From: Podarcis muralis
Taxonomy: Eukaryota
Length of the DNA stretch: 64,000 bases
Direction: 5' to 3'
NCBI RefSeq assembly: GCF_964188315.1
Contig: NC_135663.1
Span: 35,712,001 to 35,776,000, forward strand
Shown: positions 11,722 to 25,507 of the stretch, piece after piece
Layout: the number at the start of each line of letters is the position of its first letter
Position numbering within the stretch: position 1 is the first letter of the stretch
The notes under the pieces: generated by a model
The model's input: the letters and a program-made list of their open reading frames with translations, nothing else
Told to the model about the DNA's origin: nothing
Databases searched by the model: none
Program-made: the position numbers and the translations under genes

Positions 11722-14599
11722 TACTAGAAAGTTGTGTGGTTGTTGTTTTTCTCCCACAGTAGCACAAATGAACACTGTGGCAAGTGAGTGAGGAAATGGA
11801 GGTGAAGACTTGACACTCTGCTCTCCTGACTCTCTCTTTTTTCCTGTTTCTTATGTGCAAGTAGGTTGTTTCTGCTGGATTGACCTAAACAGAAATAGAT
11901 TCAAAACAGTATCACTATATGGATTTTATATCAAAGGATTGTACCATATAGTACGTTTTTTCATATATGAAATCAACACCGCACACCCATGTGTGGTGCA
12001 TGATATTCTCATGTTTGAGCTCCTAAATGTTATAGCTATTAACTATAGTGTAGCCAGTTATCTTTATATATTTGAGTGAAAAGCTGAAGAAGATGCAGAT
12101 TGAGCTTGGGAGACCTGATTATTTTTTGTTTTCTAAATGTGAACTGTTTAGTTTCTAAATACTGTCTGTATGTATTGGTGTGTGACTATTGTTTGTACAT
12201 TACATTTAATATGGGGAAGAGAAAGTGGAAATAATACAATTCTTTTACTAGAAGGGGCATGGATCTAGTGTGAATTCCAGAAGTATGAACTCAAGTCATA
12301 ACATTTAACTTATGTGATTGGTATAGTTTTCTGGAATCACCATAAGGTGGCATTTTAAGATTTCAGAGGTTTATATACTACTTTGTGTGACATATAGATA
12401 AGGCCTCTGGATAGAAATTCAACTTTTGCAGCTAAGACATCAAGGGGAACATCTGATTGTAAGAAGTGGACAGAACTGTCCGCTTTGTTTTGCTGGTGTG
12501 GAGACTGTCAAGGGAGCATGACAAGGTGCTATGTTTTGGAAGGTAAGATTTATTTTTGTTCATAGAAAGGCTGAAGTTTAAAGGCCTTCGTTGCCTTATT
12601 TTATCTCTGTTTCTATTTATTAATCTCTACGTGGTGTTAAAAAGAACTTTTATAGGAATATGAAGCTTGGAACACCTGCCAAAGAGTTCTAATATAGCCC
12701 ACACATGAGCAGCTTTTTACTGTATGTTAGTGCCACACTTTATAAAGCAGCATTTGATTTTTACATTGCACACTGTAATGAAAAGTTTACCAAACCTTAT
12801 TTTTAACTACCTCATAACCCTGGCTGTTTCTAAACATGTTGCAGTAAGATAGCTAATTCTTACACCCTGAAAAAAAGAAAATTCCGTACAGATTTTTGTA
12901 ATTCACGAATTGTGGTGCCGACTTTTACCCTTCACAATGAACTGTGTGTGGGGAGGGGATATGAATAATCAAGAACATACACATGCACTAAATATATACA
13001 CTGGGGGTGGGTAGTGGCTTGGAAATGCAGGGAACATATCAAGTGCTTAAGTGCTTATCTGGTCAAGAAGGGTCCCTAAACCCAGCTTATAACAATGGCA
13101 AAGCAAAGAAACAATATGACAGTCTTAATCAGAACATTGAATTTAGAGCACATGGGAGAAGTAATGTCTCTATTCTGTACATGCAAAGCAGCAGAATATC
13201 CACCCTTCTTCACATGGGAAAATGCTGTCTATTTCCAAAGAATCAATGGCTATTAGGAGTTCCCGCACCCATCTTCTCTCTCCTGCCTAACCAACCTCCC
13301 TCAAAAAGGATGGGGGGGGGGAGAACAGACAGCTCCTCTTTCTTCAGCTTTTAACAGCTTTGGGAGGTCAGGATGCTATTGGTTCAGCTTTGTGTGCGAT
13401 ATGGAGCTGTTCACTTAGCAACAGCAAGCAGAAGAAGCAGACAGCCACACCACCTGGTTCAGTGAGCGTCTGAGTGGTTTAAAAGATTTGCTCTTCTACC
13501 GCACAGAAACAACTCGGCTCCAAGAAACATTCAGCATCTCCTGGGGCATCTGGGAGGGATGTGGTGTCCAGCACCTTGAGTTAACATGCCCAGAGAAAGG
13601 AGCCTTGACGCAGCACAATTCACTGTTAATAACAGGAGGCCTTAAAGCTGACGGAAAGTAACTTGGTAGAGCACATTTTAACGTAGCATGCAAAAGCACA
13701 ATCTCTTGGCCCAAAAAGAGAAAATCAAGAGGAACAGATGTATTAAGAGAAAAAGATGTGGACAAAATTATTACTAACGGTTTTCATAAACCACTAGCAG
13801 TTTGTTTCAATGTTCCTTGTCCAAAGCAGCTTCTCTCCAGGAAACAACACAGAAAGTTCATCAGTCTTCAAATTCTACATTCCAACCCATATCTCTTATC
13901 ACATTATATTTTAGTCCCTTGTTTTTCTGGATTGTTTTGTTTTATCAGCGAAAGGCGAACTCTGAAATGCACTAGGAAAAAATAACCCGATCACAAAGAG
14001 ATTCTCTCATCTAAACCTAACTTTCAAAATGACACCATCATCCTCATCTACACATCAGTTCTCATAAACGAATAATCTCTTTACCTAACAGTTAACCCCA
14101 CACAGTCCAATACATGGGGTGACTTAGAATCTGTTTGCACCTGCTGTTCTTCAACATGCTGCAGCTTATCATGATCCTCTCCCTTGTGAAAAAAGGCACT
14201 AACTTTTCCACAATATTCCTTCAGATGTCTATACAGGTGTAGCAGAAATGTACACCCTCATCCTTTATGGTAAATCTATTTTTTTTAAAAAAGTGACAGG
14301 AGGCGGCATTTTAGGAAGAGAGATTATATATGGACAGCAAAACAAAACAACAAAGAAGTTGAACAAGGATACAGTGGTAGTCTGGTCCAGACCTACCCAC
14401 AGCCAGATCTACCCTAGTCTTTGTCAGCGGACTGGCAGAAGCCACCTTATCATGTGCAGTCCCAGTGACTGGCTCCCTAAGAGATGCCTTTTATAAACCA
14501 TGTTAACATGGATACTTGGAGGGTCCCTTCTAGTATCCAGGTCCTAACCTGCCAAGGGCTTTAAATTAGGGACAGTGACACTCCAGATGTTGTTAGGGG

Positions 14600-14795
14600 A
14601 AGGGTTGGAGCTCATCAGCAGAGAACCTGCTTTTTATGCAGAAGGGTCCCGGTTCAATCCCCAGCTCCTCCAGGTATGGCTGAAAGAGGGCCCCGCCTGA
14701 AATTATTGAGAGTCGCTGCAAGTCAACGTAGATAACATTGTGCTAGATGGACCAACGATCTGACTCAGTATAAGGCAGGTTTCTATCACCCTATG
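14600..14795 (+). mobile_element. tRNA-derived squamate SINE, decayed
   Basis: GGTTCAATCCCCAG B-box and GCTAGATGGACCAA...CTGACTCAGTATAAGGCAG tail shared with 15690-15873. Confidence 0.65.
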
Positions 14796-14804
14796 CTAGA
14801 GTCC

Positions 14805-14895
14805 CATCAGCCTCAAACAGCATGGTCAATGGTCAGGGATGATGGGAGCTGTAATCCAGGAACATCTGAAGGACCACAAGTTCCCCATCCTTGCC
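14805..14895. mobile_element. Hairpin MITE fragment
   Basis: CCCATCAGCC...GGATGATGGGAGCTGTAATCC...GTTCCCCATCCTTG. Confidence 0.55.
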
Positions 14896-15689
14896 TTAAA
14901 GGCTAAACAAACCAGTAGCCTGGGCTATTTCTGGTTCAGCTTATACTATACATGTAAGCAATTGCTCGTGTAAGCAATAAGTCCTCTTTATTAACTCTCA
15001 TTTGACCACAATTAAATATGTTGATATCATGCTACAGATGTTTCTACCATTTTCAGTATGTTTGCTAAAGCAAGAAGACTCTGCTTGGCTATTAGTAACC
15101 TGGAAGTCCTCCTCCACCCACTCCAAGTAAGAATCCACCAACGGTGTGTTATTTTATCCTTTTAACCCTCCTTGAGAAAGTATTTTGTTAGATTTTCCTC
15201 ACATTCAAAAATACAATAGACATACTATGAAGGAGAGGAAACAGTACTTCCTCAGATAAATCATATGCAATTATATATTCAGTAGGAAAAGTAAACCCTG
15301 TAATTTTCTAAAGACAGAGAGATGTGGTGCTTGCTGAAACTCTTTTATTGAGGCTCAGCACTGCCTTCCACAATAGGCACAGTGTTTGAATTATAAGAAA
15401 GCTGTAAAGACTTCCTCCAAGGGTTAACTCACTTAGGAGGCCACACTTACATGGAGCCAAAGCCATGTGGTCTGTAGTATGTGGGAGCCCAAGAAGTAAG
15501 TGTGTGGTTTGTGGTAGCTCAGAAAATGTGGACACAAATATGCAACAACCATTTGGCCTGAACAAGAGGTCTCCACCTGCACCCATTCTTGCTTTCCAGA
15601 GAGGACCTTGCCCCGCCTCTCACTAGACAGGATCCAAGAAGTGTGAGACAACAGCATCTTATAGCAAATACCATAAAGAAGAATGTGTG

Positions 15690-15873
15690 TGATGCATGTA
15701 TGACAAGCATCTGCCTGGTCCCTGGCTCAATCCCTGGCATCTCCAGGTAAGGCTGGAGATGTGGAAATACTTCTGCCAAAACCTTGGAGAACCACTGCCA
15801 GTCAGTGTAAACAACAGTGAGCTAGATGGACCAATGGTCTGATTCAGAATGAAGCAGCTCTCTATGTTCCTAT
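15690..15873 (+). mobile_element. tRNA-derived squamate SINE, decayed (same family as 14600-14795)
   Basis: GGCTCAATCCCTGGCATCTCCAGG...GAGCTAGATGGACCAATGGTCTGATTCAG...ATGTTCCTATG. Confidence 0.65.
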
Positions 15874-16951
15874 GAACACTGTGGCCAGCTGGCTAGTTTT
15901 AGCATCATCTAGACTAGTTGGAGTCTTGCCTTCATTTAGAAGCCTGCAGTCATTGCTACCCAATGGGGAAACGTTAACTTTGGATAAGCAGTTCCAGCCC
16001 ATCTCTCTGTAAAAGAAGAGCTGGCAAGTGAAGATAAAGTAATGACTCAGGAAAATTGAGAGTTCTCTTCTTCTTTTATCTTTAAGTCAAGGCAAGACAA
16101 CATTGTATTCTGCTCACCAAGGTCTTTTCCCAGAAAGAAAAGCTTCTTTTAAAAAGCCAGCCTGCAAATGAGCTGCCTTGTGGAAGCAGCCCAGCCAGGC
16201 ATCCATGACGCTTCTGGCCAAGCTGCAAAATGCTTCCAGTGCTCTGGCAAGCAAGACACCTGGCAGCACACAGGCTGCTGCTCTGCAAAACCCCCATTCC
16301 CACATTTTTCAAGTAGGTGAGAAATAGCAGGGATTCTTTTGAAGCAGCAAGAGACCCCCACTGTTTCTTCCCTTCTCTGTATCTTGCACAAATGAGGTAT
16401 GACCCTGAGTCTCTCCCAAGCCTCCTGTGCATAACAGAGGATGCAAACGAAAAGGTGGTGATGACCACAAATGATGGCTGACTAGGAACATGAGCCAGCA
16501 TTCATGGATCCCGCAGCATGGTGATGATGTTGTGGGTGATCACAGCCTGCATGCCTTGCACCCTGCTATGCCTGCATAAGTCATCGTCTTGGATATATGA
16601 GGGTGCCAAAACAGCAATTTTTTAAAAAAGAAAAAGGTGAATTCCTATAACCAAATAATGCCTTCTGCCCTTCGATGTGACACCTAGCTCACAGGTTTTA
16701 AAAAACAAAGCGTCACAAAGTGTTGAATTGGAAATTATCCTGGGACATTTTCTTGCATTATCTGGAACACTGTACAGTACATTCATGAGAAACAAAAATG
16801 TAACCTTTTTATTGGTGGCACCATTTGGCAGGCAGAGACGCAGCTGTTTCCCAAGTGGGATGAGATTGCGTTAAGCTATCAAGAAGAAAAGTAGAAGGTA
16901 ACGTTGCCAGCTTTAAAAGAGAGAGAGAGAGAGAAGACATATATATTTCAC

Positions 16952-17040
16952 CTTGGTTCTCTCCCATCCCTGAAGCTATGTATCTTTGGTTTTCTACTTC
17001 AACAACAACCGGGCAACACATCGAGCAGCAGGATGTTGTA
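16952..17040 (-). other. Candidate 89-nt exon
   Basis: ttatcttgtttttag|TACAAC...AACCAAG|gtgaaa; retains CpGs. Confidence 0.3.
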
Positions 17041-20000
17041 CTAAAAACAAGATAAGTCTCTGCTTTTTTCCCTGCCGTTCTTTACAGATGACAGCTCAGT
17101 ACATGCCCCTGCAATGTTAGTAATATGACACTCCCATCTGCATAAGCTCAACAAGCCAACCAGCCCCAGGCTACATCTTTTTCTGCAGCAGCACAATTTC
17201 ACACCCTTGCTCAGAAGCTCCAAAGAAAAGGAGTTAAGTGGATCCTCCCATCATAAATAATCAGAGTTCTAAGCAACTGCTGCTCCTTCTCAGTACATAC
17301 AGCTAGGATTTAAAAAAAACAAGAAATCATGGTAAAAAAGCAGCCACGTGTTTTTTCCTACCTTTAAAATGGGGTTCTTTTTGGCACCAATCCACAAAGC
17401 AATCATCTGCTATCAGGCATATATTTGTAAACAAAGCACCGTAATGCAACTTTGTCATTTTACAATTTGTCAGAAATAAAATAGCTTGCTATGCACTCCT
17501 ATTTGGAAAAAGGAACAAGTGATGAGTAACTATTTGGGAAAACTGAAGCAGAGATGTGTTTTGCTTAGTACTAAAAGAGCTGCAAAGTAAAAAGTTACAA
17601 GGTTGATTCAAAACCTTCCTATTTGAAAGGTGCCCCACCCTTTAATCCACCAGCAGATCTTTGAAAATATAATATTTTAAATGCAAATACTGCAAATGGC
17701 AAGCTGCATTTTAAAAGAGCAATTCCAGCCTTTGAGTGAGAGAAGAGGAACTGGATATCATTGTTAACAACACTGGACTGGAGGTAGTGCAAAAGTATCA
17801 CTTAGAAGAACATGTATTCTTAGCATATGGTGTGTGGGGGGGGGGGAGAATGGGAATGTAATTATATGGACACTTACCTGGAAGCAAGCCCCCACTGAAC
17901 ACAGTGGGATTTACTTCAGAGTAAGCATGCATAGGCATGTGCTGTAAGAATCACTATTGCAATCTATTAAAAGCTGCTAGAAAGCATTTGGTGTAATAGC
18001 TGTTTCATGTCACACCAGTGGTAACAGAACAGAAGCTGAGAAAGCGTGACTGCTAGTGTCAAGCGGGCGGGAAACACAGAGAACCCAAATGCTTCAGTTT
18101 CTTTTTTAAAGCTTCAACAGCATGATCGTGCTTATCACCTTGGCAATAGAATCCCACAAGGTAGAAGAAGAATGGCAAAAGGCTCCAGGAGTGGCAGAGT
18201 GAATCCAGTCCTGCAGATAGGCACATTAAGACACACCGGCTGGAAGTTATCAAATCAGATCAACACAATTGTGGAATGCCATTCAAGGCTTTATAAATCA
18301 GCATGAAGAGATTACAGCTGATGCCCTCCTAAACAAATAATATTGAGACTTCACCTGTTCCACATAGATTCTTACAGCTTTATGTTTTCTTGAGTTTGCT
18401 CATGCACAAAAAACGGAAAGGAATTAATAATAATAAAAAGCCAGCATAGCACCCAAGAACAGTGACTCAAGATCTGTGGCGTATTGTTTGGAGAACTGTT
18501 TAATGGAAAAGCTGAAGGCCAACGAAGTAGCTGCCTCTTAAGTGTCCAGGCTTTTGCTCTCCCTTAGTGGACTTTGCAGGTTACAGATCGCTACGTGGCC
18601 TTCCTTTCTCACAGTTACATTGAACTGTTTGGCTCTGGACCTAGGACAGGAACAAGCACTGCCAGCTGGGCCATCTGTCTTGTCTTGCTTAGCTGCACCT
18701 TCAGGACTCAAACAATATTTTCAGGCAGCTCATGATGACAAAGACTGGGAACTCCTGTGAGTGAGTTCTGATAGCATCTGCCATAATGCTCTCCTTCTTG
18801 ATAAACAAAGTTACGTTAGCACATAACTTTAAAGCAGCACATGCATATACACAGGTATATGTGTGTGAACTCTAGTGCACAAACAAAACAATCAGAATGG
18901 TGTGTTGGCTAAAACTGGAGATTTCAGTGTGGAAGGAACAGAGGTAAGGTACTTTTACAAACCACTATTCGCAACCTAAATCACTTTACAGAGGTGTTGT
19001 AAGGCTGTCCTAGACACTGCTCTGAGCTTTATGAAATACATATATAATAAGAAAATAAGTAACTGGAAGATAAATGCATATTCACATACTGTATATCTGC
19101 ATGCCTCCATGTCTTTTAATTAAGAGAAGGGCAAGGCAAAACAGCCCTTCCAATGATTTCACAGCCCTCTTTGTTGAGCACAAAAAGGAAATTCCACTTT
19201 TGGTTACTTGAAGGTTTTGCAAACAGTGGCTAATATGTCTAGAAATGGGGTGGCAGAGGGGGAAGTACAGAACTATGGAACTACCTACATCAACTGATCA
19301 GCTGCAATAGCAGATGCAGTTCATTTTGTCCCTCAGTATGCATTCAAGCACGGACTGCGCGTGCCATTGGCCACTCTACAGCTAGGAGGAGGCAGGAGGC
19401 AGGGGCCATCTTGTCACCCCCCCCCCCCAGAGTGGCAACTGGGGCTGCCCGCCTCCTCCACCCCCCACTTTGTACACCCCTGCCCAGGAGTTGCAGTTCA
19501 TGGCCAAAGTCCAATATGTTCTAGAGTGCAGTGACTGACTACTTAAAACTCTAAGGCCCCCCCAAGCATTATGGAACAGGCAGATGCACAAGCTACAGAC
19601 CTCAAATAAGCTGCCACTGTTAATGTCCCAGGCAAAAGCAGCCATTAAATAGCCTCCAATCTCAGGATGATTCAAATTATTTTCCTGCAGCCATATCTGA
19701 TAGTCTATTTTTGCCTTATGCCATTTATCTAATGATAATGTGGGGGAAAGCAATTCTTATGTTAATGCATGATTCGGAGAGTCTGAATCCTCTTAACAAG
19801 ATGCAGCAACCAAGCCAGACATGTCCCAAGGAATGCCTTTGCTTGGTCCTTTACACTTCACTTGAAATCAGGATACGGCACTGAGACTTGGCAAGATGTA
19901 GAAAGAATAAGCTTCCAGTGTGATTGCTGCATGGAAGAGCCCAGAAGCATTGTAGCTTGACGTTATTTATCCAACCTGACTTGCTATGAAAATGCAGCTG

Positions 20001-22082
20001 AATCAAGCAGTTGACATAAAGGACACTGTTATTTATAATAACCTGGGTAGAAGAAAGTTAGTAAGAAAATCATGCAAGACTTAAGGGGAGAATATAACGT
20101 CGGGTGAGCAAAAGCAGGGCCACCGAATGATAAAGCTTTAAAGGGTGACGTATGAAACCTGCCCCATGTAACAGATCCCTTCAGCAGCATGTAAGTGAAT
20201 CATTAGAGATACCCATCTGAATGCACTAATCACTGAGGGTCAAGAAACAAAGACAGCTTAACCACAAATCTGAGATGATGAAGGAAAAGAAGTGAGAACC
20301 AGGAAGAAAATTTGAACCAGGAGCAAGAGGGCAATAAATGACCAAAATTAAAAGAAGATTGATGGCGTCACAAGAAACCGTAATGTGTTCTCGAGAATTA
20401 TGGCGAACTATGTGCCAAATGGAACAATTTAAGGAACAGAGAGACATAACTGAAGTGCTGCTGTCGTGCCTCGAAAGTCAAAATTTATGGGCAGCCCAAA
20501 CATCAGGGAAAGATGCTCTGGTTATTATAAATCACTGCCTCTGGGCCAGCAAAGAATTGTGGATTTCAGTGAACTAAGACATGCTTAGGGTTACACCCTG
20601 AGCAAGAGCGAGCCAGTGCAATTCCACTGATGAAGCTTTACTGACTTTTTATGGTATCTTTATACTTGAGCTTTAGTATTGACACACAAAATACATTTTG
20701 CATCACTTAGTAAAGACGCATGCTTCTGTGATCTCAAAGAAAATGGGAGCCACAAGCACTCCACAGAAGGACTTGATAAACTTGTTGTATTCAAGGCAGG
20801 TTGAACAGAACATACATAATCCAAAATAATGAATGAGTCCTGGTAAAATGTATTTTTGGTAGGATAGCCCACTGATACCTCTATGCACACAGAGAAGGTG
20901 TTGACATCTCAATATGTATGTAACAAAAGTCTGTAAACCAGGCTGAACCAGGTCTTGATTGTGCAAGGTTCTATTAGCAACTTGGCCACTGAAAAAACCA
21001 TTCACACCTGTTTGAGAACTTTGTGCTTTCTAACCCAAAAAGGCTGGACACTTGAGAGCTGAATATTTCACACATTTTGCAGAGGCAAACCCAGTTTAGA
21101 CACTAACAGCACAATCCTGCGCATGCCTACTCAGTAGTAATTCCCACTGGGTAATGAGGACTATTCTCAGGTAAATAGTATTGAAAGACTTACCTGGCAG
21201 AAAGTCCCATTGAACAAAGTGTGGCTTACTCCTAAGTAGACATGCCCAGGATTGTCTACTATAATCAGGAAGATACAGACAATCAGGGCTGGCTGATCAT
21301 ACCCATATGATACACTTTTTCACAAAATCATGTTTGATGTATTAATATTTTACATTTTTAAGTACACACTATGATTAAAGCATCCCAGGTGGACATCTAA
21401 AAACGTAGTTCAAAGAGAATGGGGCAGAGTGCAGACACGATCTGTAGAGCAGGAGAGATGATGTCATCTGTACTTGTTGCTTGCAGGGTGAGGGGCTTTT
21501 AAGTTTATTGTGATTACCTGCTCAAATTCAAAAAGTGTGGAGACAGAGGAAGAAAAAGTCAAGCCGGAAACTCAGCATAGGACAATGCATGTCTGGTTAT
21601 CTTATCTATACAAATCGAGGAAAACAAGCAGAGATTCCAGCTTAACAACAAGGCTTGGGGAAAATGAGAGTAGAGCTCTTTCCGTCTGGAACCATTTTTG
21701 CAGACACAATTATAACATTTAACAGCAAGTACAAAAAAGACATAGAAATAAAATAATCTCTAGAGTATTGAAATTGTTAAGAAAGTGAGGAAAACAAACA
21801 AATAAACAAATCCCATATTTGCTTTTCCAGACCCTACCAGCAGAGTTTTCAGTAACTCAGCTTGGGAAAAACTGCATCTGAGAAGTATGACACTTCCACA
21901 AACAGTTTACTGCGGACTTGGTACTGTTCATGCATGGAAGTTTTGCAGAGAGTCCACCTGCTGTCCTTTTCACAATGTCATCCCCCATTACTCTCTCATT
22001 TAATATGGAGTTACTGTTTTCACAGAAAGTCTGTTAAATAGAAAATAAGCCCATGCACCCTCCCACCCACCCACCCCACAGA

Positions 22083-22260
22083 GGCTGCGTACAAGCATAA
22101 CTTTAAAGCACATTTGAATCACATCCCCCCACCCAAGAATTCTGGGCACTGTAGTTTTCTAAGGGTTGCTAGGAATTGTAACTCTGAGGGGGGAAACTAC
22201 AATGCCCAGAATTCCTTGAAGGTAAGAATGTGCTTCAGATAGGTGCAGTGTGTACACAGC
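22083..22260. mobile_element. Harbinger-like MITE, short form
   Basis: GGCTGCGTACA / TGTACACAGC termini; GAATTCTGGGCACTGTAGTTT / AAACTACAATGCCCAGAATTC inverted arms. Confidence 0.55.
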
Positions 22261-22392
22261 TCCACACACACACCCCTCATGCACAGACAGATGCATACAC
22301 ACAATTACACACACCAGAGAAAGAAAAGAATATGACATCATTGTAACTACTACCTTTGCAGTTCAGATTTGACTATCTTTATGTGAAAGGTA

Positions 22393-22647
22393 GGGACGTG
22401 GGTGGCGCTGTGGGTTAAACGACAGAAAGCACGTCAAAGTGCAAGTAGATAAATAGGTACTGCTCCAGCGGGAAGGTATACGGCGTTTCCGTGTGCTGCT
22501 CTGGTTCGCCAGAAGCGGCTTAGTCATGCTGGCCACATGACCCGGAAGCTGTACGCCGGCTCCCTCGGCCAATAAAGCAAGATGAGCGCCGCAACCCCAG
22601 AGTCGGTCATGACTGGACCTAATGGTCAGGGTCCCTTTACCTTTACC
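22393..22647 (+). mobile_element. Sauria SINE with internal deletion of the B-box region
   Basis: GGGACGTGGGTGGCGCTGTGG head, AAAGCACGTCAAAGTGCAAGTAGATAAATAGGTAC core, GGTCCCTTTACCTTTACC tail; 13-bp TSD TATGTGAAAGGTA (22380-22392, 22648-22660). Confidence 0.95.
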
Positions 22648-23008
22648 TATGTGAAAGGTAAGTCCCAAATAAACACATTTAGGCCACCAGCTTTGTGGGG
22701 GGGGGTTGGAGGGGAAGAATGTATTTATGGGGATGATGACTGTGGGGGCATCAGGCCCCTGCAGAGCTTGTTTGGGGCTGGAGATGGGAGTCTGATTACG
22801 TATAAATTCGAACCAAAAGGCAGCTGGTCCCTGGTGGGGCCCCACAACCAGCTTAATCCTTCAAGGCCTGGGGCAAGAGTACCTGTCTGACCTCTCCACT
22901 CTGCACAGGCTGGGGGGTGGGTGGCTGTTTTAAGTGGGGTTTTTTAGAAGTAATAAAATAAAATGCTGGTACTCATATCTTGATAAAAGTCCAATGAGTG
23001 AAAGTACA

Positions 23009-23138
23009 NNNNNNNNNNNNNNNNNNNNNNNNNNNNNNNNNNNNNNNNNNNNNNNNNNNNNNNNNNNNNNNNNNNNNNNNNNNNNNNNNNNNNNNNNNNN
23101 NNNNNNNNNNNNNNNNNNNNNNNNNNNNNNNNNNNNNN
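23009..23138. other. Assembly gap (130 N)
   Basis: Run of N. Confidence 1.
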
Positions 23139-24388
23139 CCTGCTCACCATCATGAGAAACTCCCACACTTCAAAATTTACCCCGGCACCAATGAAAGAAG
23201 TAACATGAGCATTGGCACCCCCAACGTCCTGTAGGAATCTAGTTCAACCGTGTCAGGCTATCACTTCAAAATAGTTTTCAGTATCATGTTTATCTTTTGA
23301 ATTATGTAAGCATTCATTCTGCACTGTGCTTGTTTCTGGGCAATACCTCTCTCGACCTGCTCTGACTGTAATACTTCTATAGAGTATATAGGGTTTGTTA
23401 CTGAATATTATTGATACTTGATATAGTTTGATTGTACAGTTTAATTAAAAAACTGATTCCCTTTCTAGAATATGATTTACCCCCCCCCACCTCTTGTTCA
23501 CAAAGGTAAGCTTTCAATAACTCACCTTTGAACTGAAGAATGAGGGCAGCCCACATAGGAGTCACTTGCACAATTAAAAGCAAAGATTGCTGATGGAAAT
23601 GCATTGTGTTCTAAGTAAGATGCTATTCAGCACAAGGCTCAAGGTCTTCCATTTACAGTAGTAAGCGTTTATTTAGAAGGTGATATTTTATTTTATTTTA
23701 CTTATTTTGCCTCACACTTCTGGAACTTAGTATCTGGCCAATTTCCCATCACTGTCATTCTCTAACCATTTGTTTATCCTTGATCCATCACATGGAGATT
23801 AAAGAACTCAACAGCCTTAGGTCCCTCTTGTGTATTAAAATGTGCAGGCTACAAATGCTGTTTTTAAAATAAAAATATATATTTATATTTGTTATTTATT
23901 TGATTTATATATTGCCTTTCATCTAAAGAGCCCAGGGCAGCTTGCTAGAGATAAATTACTTTTTAAAGGATCTTAAATCCAGCACAGAAACGGGAATCCC
24001 AATGTTATTCACCAATCAAATTCTTTATCAAAACAATTATTTCACTTGCCATTCCTTTTCTGCTTAACAAAGCATATTTGGGTGATGGTCTGACTCAATA
24101 ATGTGTTCTTTAGTTCTGTTTTTTTTTTAAAAAAAAAAGTGGTATCAAGTGTTGTTGAATTATCATTTTTATTTACTGTATTTATGTTTTAGCTTGCAGT
24201 TTTTAAGTTCTGAATTTTGTACTATTTTTGATGTGTTTGTTTTGATTGTATAGGGATAAATCAGGAAGAAAAGAGGTAGATGCAAGGAAGGGGAGCAAAT
24301 GACAGATGTGATTAAATGAAGTTCTGCACATGACAGAACCCTCACTTCAGCTGAGGGTCAAGAGGACTAAAGGTTTAAAATGTGTGTT

Positions 24389-24526
24389 TAGAATCACAGA
24401 GTTGGAAGGGACCCCGAGGGTCATCTAGTCCAACCCCCTGCAATGAAGGAATCTTTTGCCCAATGTGGGGCTTGAACCCACAATCCAGAGATTAAGAGAC
24501 TCATGCTCTACTGACCAAGCTATCCC
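24389..24526 (-). mobile_element. tRNA-Lys-derived SINE with CR1-type tail
   Basis: Head resembles tRNA-Lys(CTT) (GTAGAGCATGAGTCTCTTAATCTC...GGTTCAAGCCCCACATTGGGC) and runs into the GGGTTGGACTAGATGACCC...CCAACTCTGTGATTCTA tail. Confidence 0.85.
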
Positions 24527-24531
24527 AAAAG

Positions 24532-24574
24532 GATAAGGAAGGAAGGGAGGAAGGGAGGGAGGGAGGGAGGGAGG
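24532..24574. repeat. (GGAA/GGGA)n simple repeat
   Basis: Direct reading. Confidence 0.9.
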
Positions 24575-25325
24575 ATCTATCACCATAAAATGTGTTCTGC
24601 AGTCACATTCTATCCACACGGAGCAGCAAGAGAGAATGGTTTGATTCACTGAAGGCTAAACTTTGGCTAAACTTTTCCAGTCCAATTTAACTCTTACTCA
24701 AAACAACCATTTTTGAAAATGCTAACAAATAAATGGATGCCATGATATATACTTGTAGCAGATGCAAAGTTATGCATAACTATTTTTATTTTATTTTTTT
24801 GCATTCTGCACTGCAGACGGGAGTCAAAAACTGTAACCACTTCTATAGCAAACTTACACCAACATAAAACTGGGAACAGCACTCAGGTCTTGAATATGTA
24901 CATCCACAGACAGATTTATAGTTAAGCATTTATAAGTACCTTGCCAGTTGACAATTATATACAAACATGCCTTCATATGCATACATTTATAAAGAAGATT
25001 TATCTGTTTATATAGCCACCAAACTGGGGATGCAATCAGAGAACTGTAAATAGTCTTTGCCAAGCCGGAGATGATCAACACACACAGGAACTGTTAACTC
25101 CTCTGAATGTGATGATTGTGAACTTTAAGCCCCCTGGCATCCGAGATGCCTTTTGTCTGAATTACTAGCACAGCTCTGTCTTACCTAGCCATGCTGCAGT
25201 CTCAACCATACTTCAGGAGTTTTGTTTGGGTTAATAACATCTGGAGCATTACTCTATTAGAACGCCTCACATACCATCGGTGACTAATCAAAGGCTACCA
25301 TCAGAATTCTTCACCCTTTTACATA

Positions 25326-25507
25326 CAGTCGTACCTCCGCTTACGTATCCCTCTGAGTATGTAAACTTCGGGATACATAAGCGGCAAACCCGGAAGTATA
25401 TTTCCAAGATTTTGCTGCACGCGCATGCACAGAAGCGGTCTCTCCGGTTGCGAAAACGTCGGCCAGACCTCCAGAACGGATCCTGTCCGCAACTGGAGGT
25501 ACCACTC
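25326..25507. mobile_element. Tigger-like MITE
   Basis: TA-flanked; CAGTCGTACCTCC / GGAGGTACCACT termini. Confidence 0.75.

Noticed and set aside
11760-11783. 24-nt plus-strand exon-like segment with NAGNAG acceptor, followed by ORF 11810-12079
   Set aside because: Isolated, opposite to the other candidates, and the peptide is unrecognisable.
16952-16975. SGMGEN match to the NCOA2 N-terminus
   Set aside because: Only six residues; no ATG at the right place and the flanks do not match, so it is coincidence.
22363-22890. 160-aa and 102-aa ORFs
   Set aside because: They are read through a Sauria SINE; the same peptide recurs at the other SINE copies (36241-36552, 38.2-38.5 kb).
22930-23234. 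ORFs spanning N runs (also 55828-56106)
   Set aside because: Artefacts of assembly gaps.
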